From NCBI GenBank assembly GCA_037442105.1, contig JBBIQV010000011.1, forward strand, positions 1 to 64,000: a stretch of 64,000 nucleotides of DNA. The letters are read 5' to 3'. Positions 20,151 through 27,704 of this stretch are shown in pieces (position 1 is the first letter of the stretch; the number at the start of each line of letters is the position of its first letter). A program made the position numbers and the translations under genes. Below the pieces are notes generated by a model. That model was not told the origin of the DNA. It saw nothing but the letters and a program-made list of their open reading frames with translations, and did no database searches. The DNA comes from Nitrospiraceae bacterium. GTDB taxonomy: Bacteria > Nitrospirota > Nitrospiria > Nitrospirales > Nitrospiraceae.

Positions 20151-20930
20151 TTATTCCTCTCGAGAGTTCATGCCTTGTCGACTCACCGTCAGGTCCATCG
20201 CTGCCGCCTGATCAAGGAACCAGATCAATCGTCCCGAGATAGGACGGACGAGCGATGCCGGCCATGATGGCCCACCAGCCGCTGAATTCTCAAGCACCTT
20301 CCGCGTGATGCCTGATTTTTTCTGACCGGTTACGAGAAAGAGTACCGCACCGGCGCGATTCAGAACCGGCAACGTGAGCGTGATCCTGGCCTGAATCCCT
20401 TTCGGCGACGTACTCGGCACCACCAGCCTGGTTTGCTCATCGAGCGCGCTTGTTCCAGGGAACAGGGAGGCCGTGTGCCCATCTTCGCCGAGGCCGAGCA
20501 GAATGAGATCGAATCGCGGGAGGGAGGAGTCGGAACCCGGCCATTCTTGACGCAACGTTTGTTCGTATTGCCGAGCCGCTGTTTCGGGCTGCTCCTCACC
20601 TTTCATGCGACAGATGTGATCGGACGCAATCTTGAGCGGCTGGAAGAGCGTGACATCTGCCATTCTAAAATTGCTCTCGGGGTGAGAGGGCGGCACGCAG
20701 CGCTCGTCGCCGAAAAAGAAGCGCACTTTCTTCCAGTCCAGGCGGTGGGCATATTCGGAGCTGGCCAGGGTCGCGTGGAGTGTCGCCGGAGTCGTTCCTC
20801 CGGCAAGCGCGACGCGGAACCGCTCGGTTGCGGCGATCGCCTGCTCGCCAAGCCAGAGAAAGAGTTCCGCCGCTTCGCGCGCCAACTCGTTCGCGTCTCG
20901 CATGATACGAATTTCGCGCGCGTGGGTCAT
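20151..20930 (-). CDS. pgl: 6-phosphogluconolactonase
   Basis: LAGGTTP, FFGDERCVP, LLGLGEDGHTASLFP, RITLT. Confidence 0.95.
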   Translation of the reverse strand: MTHAREIRIMRDANELAREAAELFLWLGEQAIAATERFRVALAGGTTPATLHATLASSEYAHRLDWKKVRFFFGDERCVPPSHPESNFRMADVTLFQPLKIASDHICRMKGEEQPETAARQYEQTLRQEWPGSDSSLPRFDLILLGLGEDGHTASLFPGTSALDEQTRLVVPSTSPKGIQARITLTLPVLNRAGAVLFLVTGQKKSGITRKVLENSAAGGPSWPASLVRPISGRLIWFLDQAAAMDLTVSRQGMNSREE

Positions 20931-20931
20931 G

Positions 20932-22638
20932 TCATCGTCTCGCCGGTCGGCGGGGCCGTTTCGTTCGCTTGGTGCGGGCTGGCCGGCTGGGCTTGGCCCG
21001 GGGCCGCAAGCCGTCAATCAACGCATGGATGGTGTCAAGAGGCCGGGTGCCGAGCTTCACGCGTATTGCCTGCCGACTGTGGGTACGAAGCGATTGGAGA
21101 TCGCCGACTGCTTGTGCTTGTGCCAAGGTACCGAAGGAATAGGGTTTGCCGGGGATTGGCAGGTCGGATACCATCTCTTCGACCAGTTCCAGGAACCGGC
21201 CGGCGTTCGATCCACCCTTGTGCAACTGGCCGGTCGAATGAAGGTACCGTGGGCCATAACCGCTGGTGGTCGCCAGCTTGGTGGAGGTCAACACGATCTT
21301 TCGCAACGACTGCAGCGCCGCGTCCATGCGAGGCGAGGGCGTCGCATAGGCTAGGATCGCGAGATACCGGCCCGGCTGGATGTTGCTCGCTATCTGTTTA
21401 GCCGCTTGGGCCGGAGTCGCGCTCGGCATCATCGGCAGTTTCCCGCTTGCTTCGACTTGCTGCAGGACACGCTGGGTGTTGTCTTTACTCTCCTGGACGT
21501 TCGGTTGATCGAAAGGGTGAATGCCGAGAAAATGGCCTGCGACCGCGGTGGCGAATTCCCACCGGAAAAACTCGGCACCGAGATCGTACCGATCCTTTAA
21601 GGCAAGCCGCAAGACCGGCTGCCCGGCTTGCTCGATTGCGCGCACCTGCCGATCGGTCGTAGCATTGGCATCGCCGGCTAATCTCAGATAGACGAAGAGT
21701 CGATCATCGCCGTAGGCAGACGGCTTGGCCAACGGCTCTTCCGCGATCGGCACGAGGCCTTTACCTTCCTTGCCGGTGCTCTCCGCAATGAGTTGCTCCG
21801 CCCAGAGACCGAAGGAGCTGATCTTTGGTGAAGCGACAATCGTGACCTTATCACGACCGGTTCGCCATAGTGCTCCCATCATCGCCCCCAAGGAGACTCC
21901 GGGGTTGTCGCGTAGCGGAGCACGGTGGCGGCAGGCGGCTGCCATGGTGCAGGCGCGGTCGAGCAGAGCAGCGACGTCCATCCCGATCAAGGCGGCCGGA
22001 ACCAATCCGAAATACGACAGGACGGAGTAGCGCCCCCCGATGTCGGGCGGATTAGTGAAGGTCTGCCAAAAGCGATAGTCGCGCGCCATTCGTTCGAGCC
22101 CGGTTCCAGGGTCTGTGATCGCGATAAATTGCATCCCGCCCCCCGCACCGCTGGTTTTATTGACCAGTTCCCAGAAGTGCGCGAAGAGCGACATGACTTC
22201 GATGGTACCGCCGGACTTGCTGGCGACGATAAAGAGGGTCCGCGCTGGATTGATGGTGTCCGTTACCTGACGCACGAAGCCGGGGACCGTCGAATCGAGC
22301 ACCCACAGGTGGGGAAATCCGCGAGCAGAACCAAAGGTGCAGCGGAGGACTTCGGGACCCAGACTGCTTCCGCCCATGCCCAGCAGCACGACGTCTTTTA
22401 CGCCTTGCCGACAGACGGATTGGGCGAACGTGCGGAGCTCGGCGACGTTTTGTCGCATCTGGTCCGCCACCGTGAGCCAGCCAAGCCGGTTCTCAATCTC
22501 CGTCGGTTCCGGTTTCCACAGCCTATGGTCTTTTGCCCAAACCCGGTCGACCAGGCCGGCTTGAGCCAACTCGCCGAGCGCGGCAGTTATTGTGGAATCA
22601 TAGGCATTGCTGTTCGACCGGCTCCGTGAAGCCACCAT
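20932..22638 (-). CDS. pgi: Glucose-6-phosphate isomerase (type found in Tal/Pgi fusions)
   Basis: LGMGGSSLGP, SKSGGT, IGGRYS, EQLIAESTGK, FDQPNV, YLHSTGQLHKGG. Confidence 0.88.
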   Translation of the reverse strand: MVASRSRSNSNAYDSTITAALGELAQAGLVDRVWAKDHRLWKPEPTEIENRLGWLTVADQMRQNVAELRTFAQSVCRQGVKDVVLLGMGGSSLGPEVLRCTFGSARGFPHLWVLDSTVPGFVRQVTDTINPARTLFIVASKSGGTIEVMSLFAHFWELVNKTSGAGGGMQFIAITDPGTGLERMARDYRFWQTFTNPPDIGGRYSVLSYFGLVPAALIGMDVAALLDRACTMAAACRHRAPLRDNPGVSLGAMMGALWRTGRDKVTIVASPKISSFGLWAEQLIAESTGKEGKGLVPIAEEPLAKPSAYGDDRLFVYLRLAGDANATTDRQVRAIEQAGQPVLRLALKDRYDLGAEFFRWEFATAVAGHFLGIHPFDQPNVQESKDNTQRVLQQVEASGKLPMMPSATPAQAAKQIASNIQPGRYLAILAYATPSPRMDAALQSLRKIVLTSTKLATTSGYGPRYLHSTGQLHKGGSNAGRFLELVEEMVSDLPIPGKPYSFGTLAQAQAVGDLQSLRTHSRQAIRVKLGTRPLDTIHALIDGLRPRAKPSRPARTKRTKRPRRPARR

Positions 22639-22745
22639 AGCATTCCTCCATCAGACTGTAGGGTGGATATGAGAGAGCCAGCAACGCTGTCGTATCTTAG
22701 GTCCGACCCGCTGAAAACGCAAACGCGACAGGATCGCCCTGCCCC

Positions 22746-23390
22746 CTATTCTTTATCGGTTGTTCGGCGGATGAGTAAAGGCATACCCTCGGTGACAGAC
22801 CAGGCCAGCGACTGCGCCTCCTCTGCTCTGAGGGTGAGTCGAATGGCTGGCGGAGCGGTCGCGCTATTTCCTGAGAGAAGTGCGGTGATCCCGTTTCGGA
22901 ACGATGTCCAATAGTTCAACGCCATCGTGAGGAGCCATTGCCAGGGATTCTCGCGGGCGATGGGGAGAACGCGGATGACCAAGGGCGGCTGGAACTGGAG
23001 GTCGAACGCCACGGGCATGTCTTTGAGAGAAATAGGCTCTTGCTCTTGGTTTTCAGTTGGGACGGCCTTGCGTCGGACGATAGGAGGGCGAGCCACAAGA
23101 CGAAACACCCCTTTCATCCGGCGCTCATCCGTTGTCCGGCAGTCGAGGACCGGCAACCGGTGGAGATCGAGGCCCCGCCCTTTGATGAGAATGGCCTGAG
23201 TCGGCAGGTCCAAAATCAAGTAGGGTTGTGGCCGGCCGGCCAGTTTCAGCTCCTCTTCGAGGACGCGGTTGGCCTCTCGCAGCGTGGCAGGGCTGTCCGA
23301 GTCGAGGCCGTTCCTGGCTGGCGGTTCGGATGAGAGAATAACGGACGGGTGAACAAGGAACAGGAGGAATATCGCGCAGAGAAATGTCAT
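22746..23390 (-). CDS. Secreted protein resembling a degenerate YkuD/L,D-transpeptidase fold
   Basis: Signal peptide; PYLILDL and VTEGMPLLI parallel PYIVVDT and AKIGTPIMI of the neighbouring LDT; no HGC motif. Confidence 0.6.
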   Translation of the reverse strand: MTFLCAIFLLFLVHPSVILSSEPPARNGLDSDSPATLREANRVLEEELKLAGRPQPYLILDLPTQAILIKGRGLDLHRLPVLDCRTTDERRMKGVFRLVARPPIVRRKAVPTENQEQEPISLKDMPVAFDLQFQPPLVIRVLPIARENPWQWLLTMALNYWTSFRNGITALLSGNSATAPPAIRLTLRAEEAQSLAWSVTEGMPLLIRRTTDKE

Positions 23391-23415
23391 GAAGTCTGCG
23401 CTGACGAGGCGGGTG

Positions 23416-24045
23416 TCAATAGATCATGATCGGCGTGCCGATCTTTGCGACTTGGTAAACGGCCTTGAGGTCCTGGTCGTTCAGGCGAATGCACCCGTGG
23501 GTCACATTTTTCCCTAAGAGACGGGTGTAGAGGGTGCCATGGATGAAGTACCCCTTGCCGAAGCCGAGGGCGTATTCCCCGAGCACGCCAGGTTCCACGC
23601 GCTGGGCTAGGCTGCGGGGGACTTCCTCTCCTTCTTCGATGAAGGCCCAGTCCGGCTTCACCCAGACCGGGTTGGTGAGTTTGGATTGAACGGTAAACTC
23701 GCCCCGGGGCGTGTCGAAGATCCACTGGCCACTCGCTTCACCGGGTTTATCGAGAAGTGTGCCGCTCCCGGTTGAAGCAATGGCATCAAGCACCACCTGT
23801 CCATGGCGCTTCACGTAGAGATGATTCCGCGCAGTGTCAACGACGATGTACGGGCCCGGGGGGCTGAGCTGCGCCAACTGGCGTTGTAGCGCCAGATTTC
23901 GCGCACGCAGGCTTTGGAGGGTTGAGGCATCGATCGGCTCCGAGGTGATGAAAGAAGCATCAGAGTCCTGCAGCCCGCTGCTTTGCGACAGCGTCAGCAA
24001 CAGGAATGCTGTGGATATCAGCAGGAGAGCCGAAGTGCGTGTCAT
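23416..24045 (-). CDS. L,D-transpeptidase (YkuD family)
   Basis: Signal peptide; TPRGEF, FIHGT...VTHGCIRL. Confidence 0.93.
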   Translation of the reverse strand: MTRTSALLLISTAFLLLTLSQSSGLQDSDASFITSEPIDASTLQSLRARNLALQRQLAQLSPPGPYIVVDTARNHLYVKRHGQVVLDAIASTGSGTLLDKPGEASGQWIFDTPRGEFTVQSKLTNPVWVKPDWAFIEEGEEVPRSLAQRVEPGVLGEYALGFGKGYFIHGTLYTRLLGKNVTHGCIRLNDQDLKAVYQVAKIGTPIMIY

Positions 24046-24052
24046 TGCGACG

Positions 24053-25195
24053 TCAGGTTTCTTCTTCTTGATCCCCTATATCGGCCAGCGCGAGCGCAAC
24101 GGCATTTTGCGAATGGAGGGCCCCCACAATCGTGATAGGAGTTCCCATCTCCACCAACGCGAATAGTTTCTCCATCTCCGGGTTGTCCAACATAATGCAG
24201 CCCAGAGTCTGGCCCATCAACTCGTTCTCGACTCCATGAATCTCGATCTGCCCGCCGATGTTGCGCTCCAACGGGATACGGCCGGCCTTTCGCGCGAGCT
24301 TGAAGCGGCGCCGGTCGTTGGCATTGGGATAATCCAGCACCAAGGCACGATAGAACTGAGTGTGCCCCTCACCTCGCTTGTGCGTAATGTGATATTGCCC
24401 TTCAGGTGTGGCGCCGTCCCCTTGGTATCGCTTTTCGCGGATGCCGTTGTACCCTAAACGAACGGGGTATGATAGCACTTTCCGCCCGTTTTTGTAGAGG
24501 GTCAGAATGCGGTCCGCCTTGCTCACAATGATTGCCGAAGCGTGGTGTGCGCGCGACCACTGGATCGTTCGACGGGCCATAGCACGCCAGGCGTTAATCC
24601 GATCTTGGTCCGCGTACCGTCCCAATTCACTGTTCAGTGTGGCCCGTTGGGCCCCTAACAGTTGGGCGGCATGGTCTGCGGAGTTGAGTGCTCGCGCGAA
24701 TTGCCCCTGGTCAAAGAAGGATCGCGCTTGCTTGACCAGCAATTCGGTCTCGACGGGTTTGTGGCCTAACACCAGGCGCCCGTCGATCTCGACGATCTTC
24801 GTGTTCATCGCCTGCAAGCGCTGCTCGACACGGTTTAACCGTTCCTCTGCCGTCAGCCGCTGGCTGTCTTTACGGTGCGCCACCTCGAGGGCCGTTCGCG
24901 TCCCTTCCTCGTGCAAGTGGCGTAGATCGGTTTCCAGCCGATTCGGTTCCCACGGCCATCGAATCAGATCCTCGTCCGCCTGAACCCTGGCCTTCAGCGC
25001 TACCCACTGCCGGGCGAACCGCGTGTATTCATCGGGGGCGAATTCAGCGGCCCGCTCGGCGACGAGGTCGCGGTCTAGGCTTTCTAGTGCCTCGACGAGA
25101 TCTTCTGGAATCGTCTGAACGCAGCCCGACAAGCTCGTGAGAGTGAGGACAGTGATGAGCGTCAGAAGACGGGATATCGGAAGGGCCAGGCCCAT
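24053..25195 (-). CDS. L,D-transpeptidase lipoprotein with N-terminal helical/coiled-coil domain
   Basis: Lipobox LSGC; GDGATPEGQY, IEIHG...TLGCIML. Confidence 0.9.
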   Translation of the reverse strand: MGLALPISRLLTLITVLTLTSLSGCVQTIPEDLVEALESLDRDLVAERAAEFAPDEYTRFARQWVALKARVQADEDLIRWPWEPNRLETDLRHLHEEGTRTALEVAHRKDSQRLTAEERLNRVEQRLQAMNTKIVEIDGRLVLGHKPVETELLVKQARSFFDQGQFARALNSADHAAQLLGAQRATLNSELGRYADQDRINAWRAMARRTIQWSRAHHASAIIVSKADRILTLYKNGRKVLSYPVRLGYNGIREKRYQGDGATPEGQYHITHKRGEGHTQFYRALVLDYPNANDRRRFKLARKAGRIPLERNIGGQIEIHGVENELMGQTLGCIMLDNPEMEKLFALVEMGTPITIVGALHSQNAVALALADIGDQEEET

Positions 25196-25210
25196 GATAA
25201 TTATTGTATC

Positions 25211-25840
25211 CTACTTCCCCTTTTTCGGCTGAGAATGTTTGCCTTTCGCCGCACTGATCTTTGCGAGCGCATTCTGGATCTCGGTTGAAACCGCCTGGCT
25301 CTTCTCGTGAATAGCCTTGGCTTTGGCCTGTGCCGCCAGGTAATCACCTCCATCGATCGCGGCTTGGACTTCGCCGAGCGACTTGGTGAGCCCCTCTGCG
25401 TCGGCTTTGATGGCTTCTAGGGCGGCGCGATCCTTGCCGACAGGAGCTTTTGCGACGAGCTCTTGGGTGGCCTTCACCGCTTCTTGAGCAACCTGCAGGG
25501 TTTGAAGAGCCGCCGTCTTGGCTTCTTCTTTTTTCTTCTCCGCCTCAGCCTTCACGCGCTCGGCCTCGGCCTTCGTGCTGGCTGCCAACTGCTCAGCTTT
25601 TCCATAGTCGCGCAGGAGAGTAAACTTTGCGTCTTGGTCAGCCACTTCTTTCTTGGCGTTCGCCAACATCCCCTCCAGTTTCGCATAGTCCTGAGGTGTG
25701 TAGGCGGTGGCGCCGCTTTGCTGGGCGTCTTTGACTGCTTTCTCTGCTGTATCGATCTGTTCTGTCGGGGGCTTGGCACAGGCGGCCAGTAAGAGCAGCA
25801 TGACCGCGGCGATCCCCCTCACATGGATTGTAGATTTCAT
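25211..25840 (-). CDS. Ala/Lys-rich coiled-coil lipoprotein (DUF4398-like)
   Basis: Lipobox LAAC; helical heptad composition; ends in KKGK. Confidence 0.85.
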   Translation of the reverse strand: MKSTIHVRGIAAVMLLLLAACAKPPTEQIDTAEKAVKDAQQSGATAYTPQDYAKLEGMLANAKKEVADQDAKFTLLRDYGKAEQLAASTKAEAERVKAEAEKKKEEAKTAALQTLQVAQEAVKATQELVAKAPVGKDRAALEAIKADAEGLTKSLGEVQAAIDGGDYLAAQAKAKAIHEKSQAVSTEIQNALAKISAAKGKHSQPKKGK

Positions 25841-25959
25841 GACCTGTCCTCCTGACGAAGAGGGAAGAGTGCTCCGTTCAGCTATTCCTCCCCGCCTCCT
25901 CCCCGCCGTTCGTTTTTTTGGGTTACAGCCGTAAGCTTGCTTATCTACCGAGTCGGAAT

Positions 25960-26009
25960 GGGAAAAACCGGCGCCCCTTCAGAAGCCCTACACCGGCATG
26001 AAGGGGGCC
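25960..26009 (-). terminator. Putative intrinsic terminator after the Lys-rich small-protein gene
   Basis: GCCCCTTCA...TGAAGGGG stem, with a T-run following on the minus strand. Confidence 0.5.
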
Positions 26010-26037
26010 AGTAGGCTGTGAGGGACTGGAACGACGT

Positions 26038-26289
26038 TTATCCCGCCTTCTTTTCCTTTCCCTTCTTCTTGCCGTGCTTCTTTCCCTTCTTGTCCTTCTT
26101 TTCGCCTTTTTCCCCTTCGGCTTTCTTTGCTCCTTCAGCCGGAGCAGCAGGAGCTGGAGCCACGGCAGCCGGTTCAGCCGGGGCAGGGGCCGGAGCAGCC
26201 GCCTTCTCCTCAGCCTGGCTCAGGGATGCAACGCCAAAAACCATAGCCATTGTAAGCGCCATCACGTTTAAAATTGATTTCGCCATCAT
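26038..26289 (-). CDS. Small secreted low-complexity protein (Pro/Ala linker, Lys-rich tail)
   Basis: 83 aa; strong RBS AAAGGAGGTG; signal peptide ending SQA. Confidence 0.85.
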   Translation of the reverse strand: MMAKSILNVMALTMAMVFGVASLSQAEEKAAAPAPAPAEPAAVAPAPAAPAEGAKKAEGEKGEKKDKKGKKHGKKKGKEKKAG

Positions 26290-26385
26290 CGTGTCACCTC
26301 CTTTCTGCAAAATGGATTATATGAGTCATCTTGACTCCTTAAGCTGGTTCCTACGCCACCAATGAAAAAGAAAGCTGATGCAACC

Positions 26386-26400
26386 GCAATGTTGGTGCCA
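26386..26400 (-). promoter_or_regulatory. Sigma-54 (-24/-12) promoter
   Basis: Minus strand TGGCAC-CAACA-TTGC. Confidence 0.75.
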
Positions 26401-26660
26401 CCGTGTCGCAGATCTCTAAGAGGCTGTTTATGCTTAGGATGTATTGGGCGTGAAAAAGGATCGGTGGTCAGGAAAATACAAGAATCTGTGGCACCTTTGC
26501 TTAGCATTCAACAAAACTGCCTCACGAAATGCCTCGGTTCAACGGAACAAAAATTCCATGATATCAAGCTCAAGCTGTACTTCACCCGGAGCAGAAAGCA
26601 TTTCCAGTGTCAGAGAGGGTCGGGTAGTCACTCAATGTGAGTGGTCGATCTGCCTTCGCG

Positions 26661-26689
26661 TTGACACCCCGGCTTGCCATATCTATAAT
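26661..26689 (+). promoter_or_regulatory. Consensus sigma-70 promoter of the rpmH operon
   Basis: TTGACA-17 nt-TATAAT. Confidence 0.9.
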
Positions 26690-26730
26690 GCCCGGTTGAA
26701 TGATTGTGCAATTCCAGGAGGAAAGTTTCA

Positions 26731-26868
26731 ATGTCCTTTACGTATAAGCAACCGTCGAATCTCAAGCGGAAGCGCGAACATGGGTTCCGTAAACGGATGA
26801 GCACGAAGAACGGACGAAAAGTTCTTGCTCGCCGACGTGCTAAGGGGCGTGCTCGGTTGACCGTGTGA
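26731..26868 (+). CDS. rpmH: 50S ribosomal protein L34 (not in the ORF track)
   Basis: Translates to [54 protein letters not shown]. Confidence 0.97.
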   Translation: MSFTYKQPSNLKRKREHGFRKRMSTKNGRKVLARRRAKGRARLTV

Positions 26869-27094
26869 GTCGTGCCCAAGCCGCAGCGGATTTCTCAATT
26901 CAGATCGATCAATTCCAGTCACAGATTAATGAACGCTTTTCGGCGGGTGGTGTATACCGTGGGACAAGCGCGCAGTGACTGCCTGCTCGCGGGAAGGGGC
27001 TGACTCTGGCGCCATCTGCAGGGCGAGCATTCACCGCACCGGCTGACGTGTGGAGCGAACACTCCAGCGTTGCCAATGTACTGATTTCTAACGC

Positions 27095-27457
27095 ATGGCT
27101 GTGGCGCATAGGCATGTGGACTTCTTTCTGCGGAGCAGCCGCGACATCGAACGAGTGAAGCGAACCGGTCGCCGGGTTTCGACGGCGTTTTTTAATCTTC
27201 TCGTGTGCCGTTCGGACAGGCCCGACAGTCGATTGGCCATCATCGTCGGCAAGCGGTTCGGTACGGCTGTCCGTCGCAACAGGGCAAAACGTGTGTTTCG
27301 GGAGCTTGGCTGTAGAGTCCGTCCCGCGTTACTGCCGGGGTTGGATTGCCTCGTGTTTCCCAAGCGTGAGGTCTTGAGCCAGTCTTTTGCAGTCCTCCAA
27401 GATGCCTGGGTGTTAACCTTGCGACGACAAGGGCTTTTGAGCTCTGAAATGGCATAA
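27095..27457 (+). CDS. rnpA: Ribonuclease P protein component
   Basis: VGKRFGTAVRRNRAKRVFRE RNR motif; synteny. Confidence 0.93.
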   Translation: MAVAHRHVDFFLRSSRDIERVKRTGRRVSTAFFNLLVCRSDRPDSRLAIIVGKRFGTAVRRNRAKRVFRELGCRVRPALLPGLDCLVFPKREVLSQSFAVLQDAWVLTLRRQGLLSSEMA

Positions 27458-27459
27458 CC

Positions 27460-27669
27460 ATGCGACGGCTCTGTCTTTGGGTCCTTGCCCTGTATCGGCA
27501 ATGGATATCACCGGCTCTCGGTCCTGCATGCCGCTTTGAACCCACGTGCTCTCAGTATGCGAGTGATGCCATTAGCCAGTATGGCCTCCTGGGAGGTATA
27601 GGGTTGACCTGCCTCCGCCTCCTCAAGTGTCACCCCTTTCATCCCGGCGGGGTCGATCCAGTGAAATAA
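27460..27669 (+). CDS. yidD: Membrane protein insertion efficiency factor
   Basis: CRFEPTCSQY...KCHPFHPGGVDPV. Confidence 0.95.
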   Translation: MRRLCLWVLALYRQWISPALGPACRFEPTCSQYASDAISQYGLLGGIGLTCLRLLKCHPFHPGGVDPVK

Positions 27670-27704
27670 GTCCTGCAATCGGACGGTCTAAGGTCGCACA
27701 CCGC

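Noticed and set aside
26489..26500. TGGCAC-CT-TTGC as a plus-strand sigma-54 promoter
   Set aside because: Spacing between the -24 and -12 elements is 3 nt too short.
26290..26730. oriC upstream of rpmH
   Set aside because: Somewhat AT-rich, but no DnaA-box cluster and no dnaA; better explained by divergent promoters.
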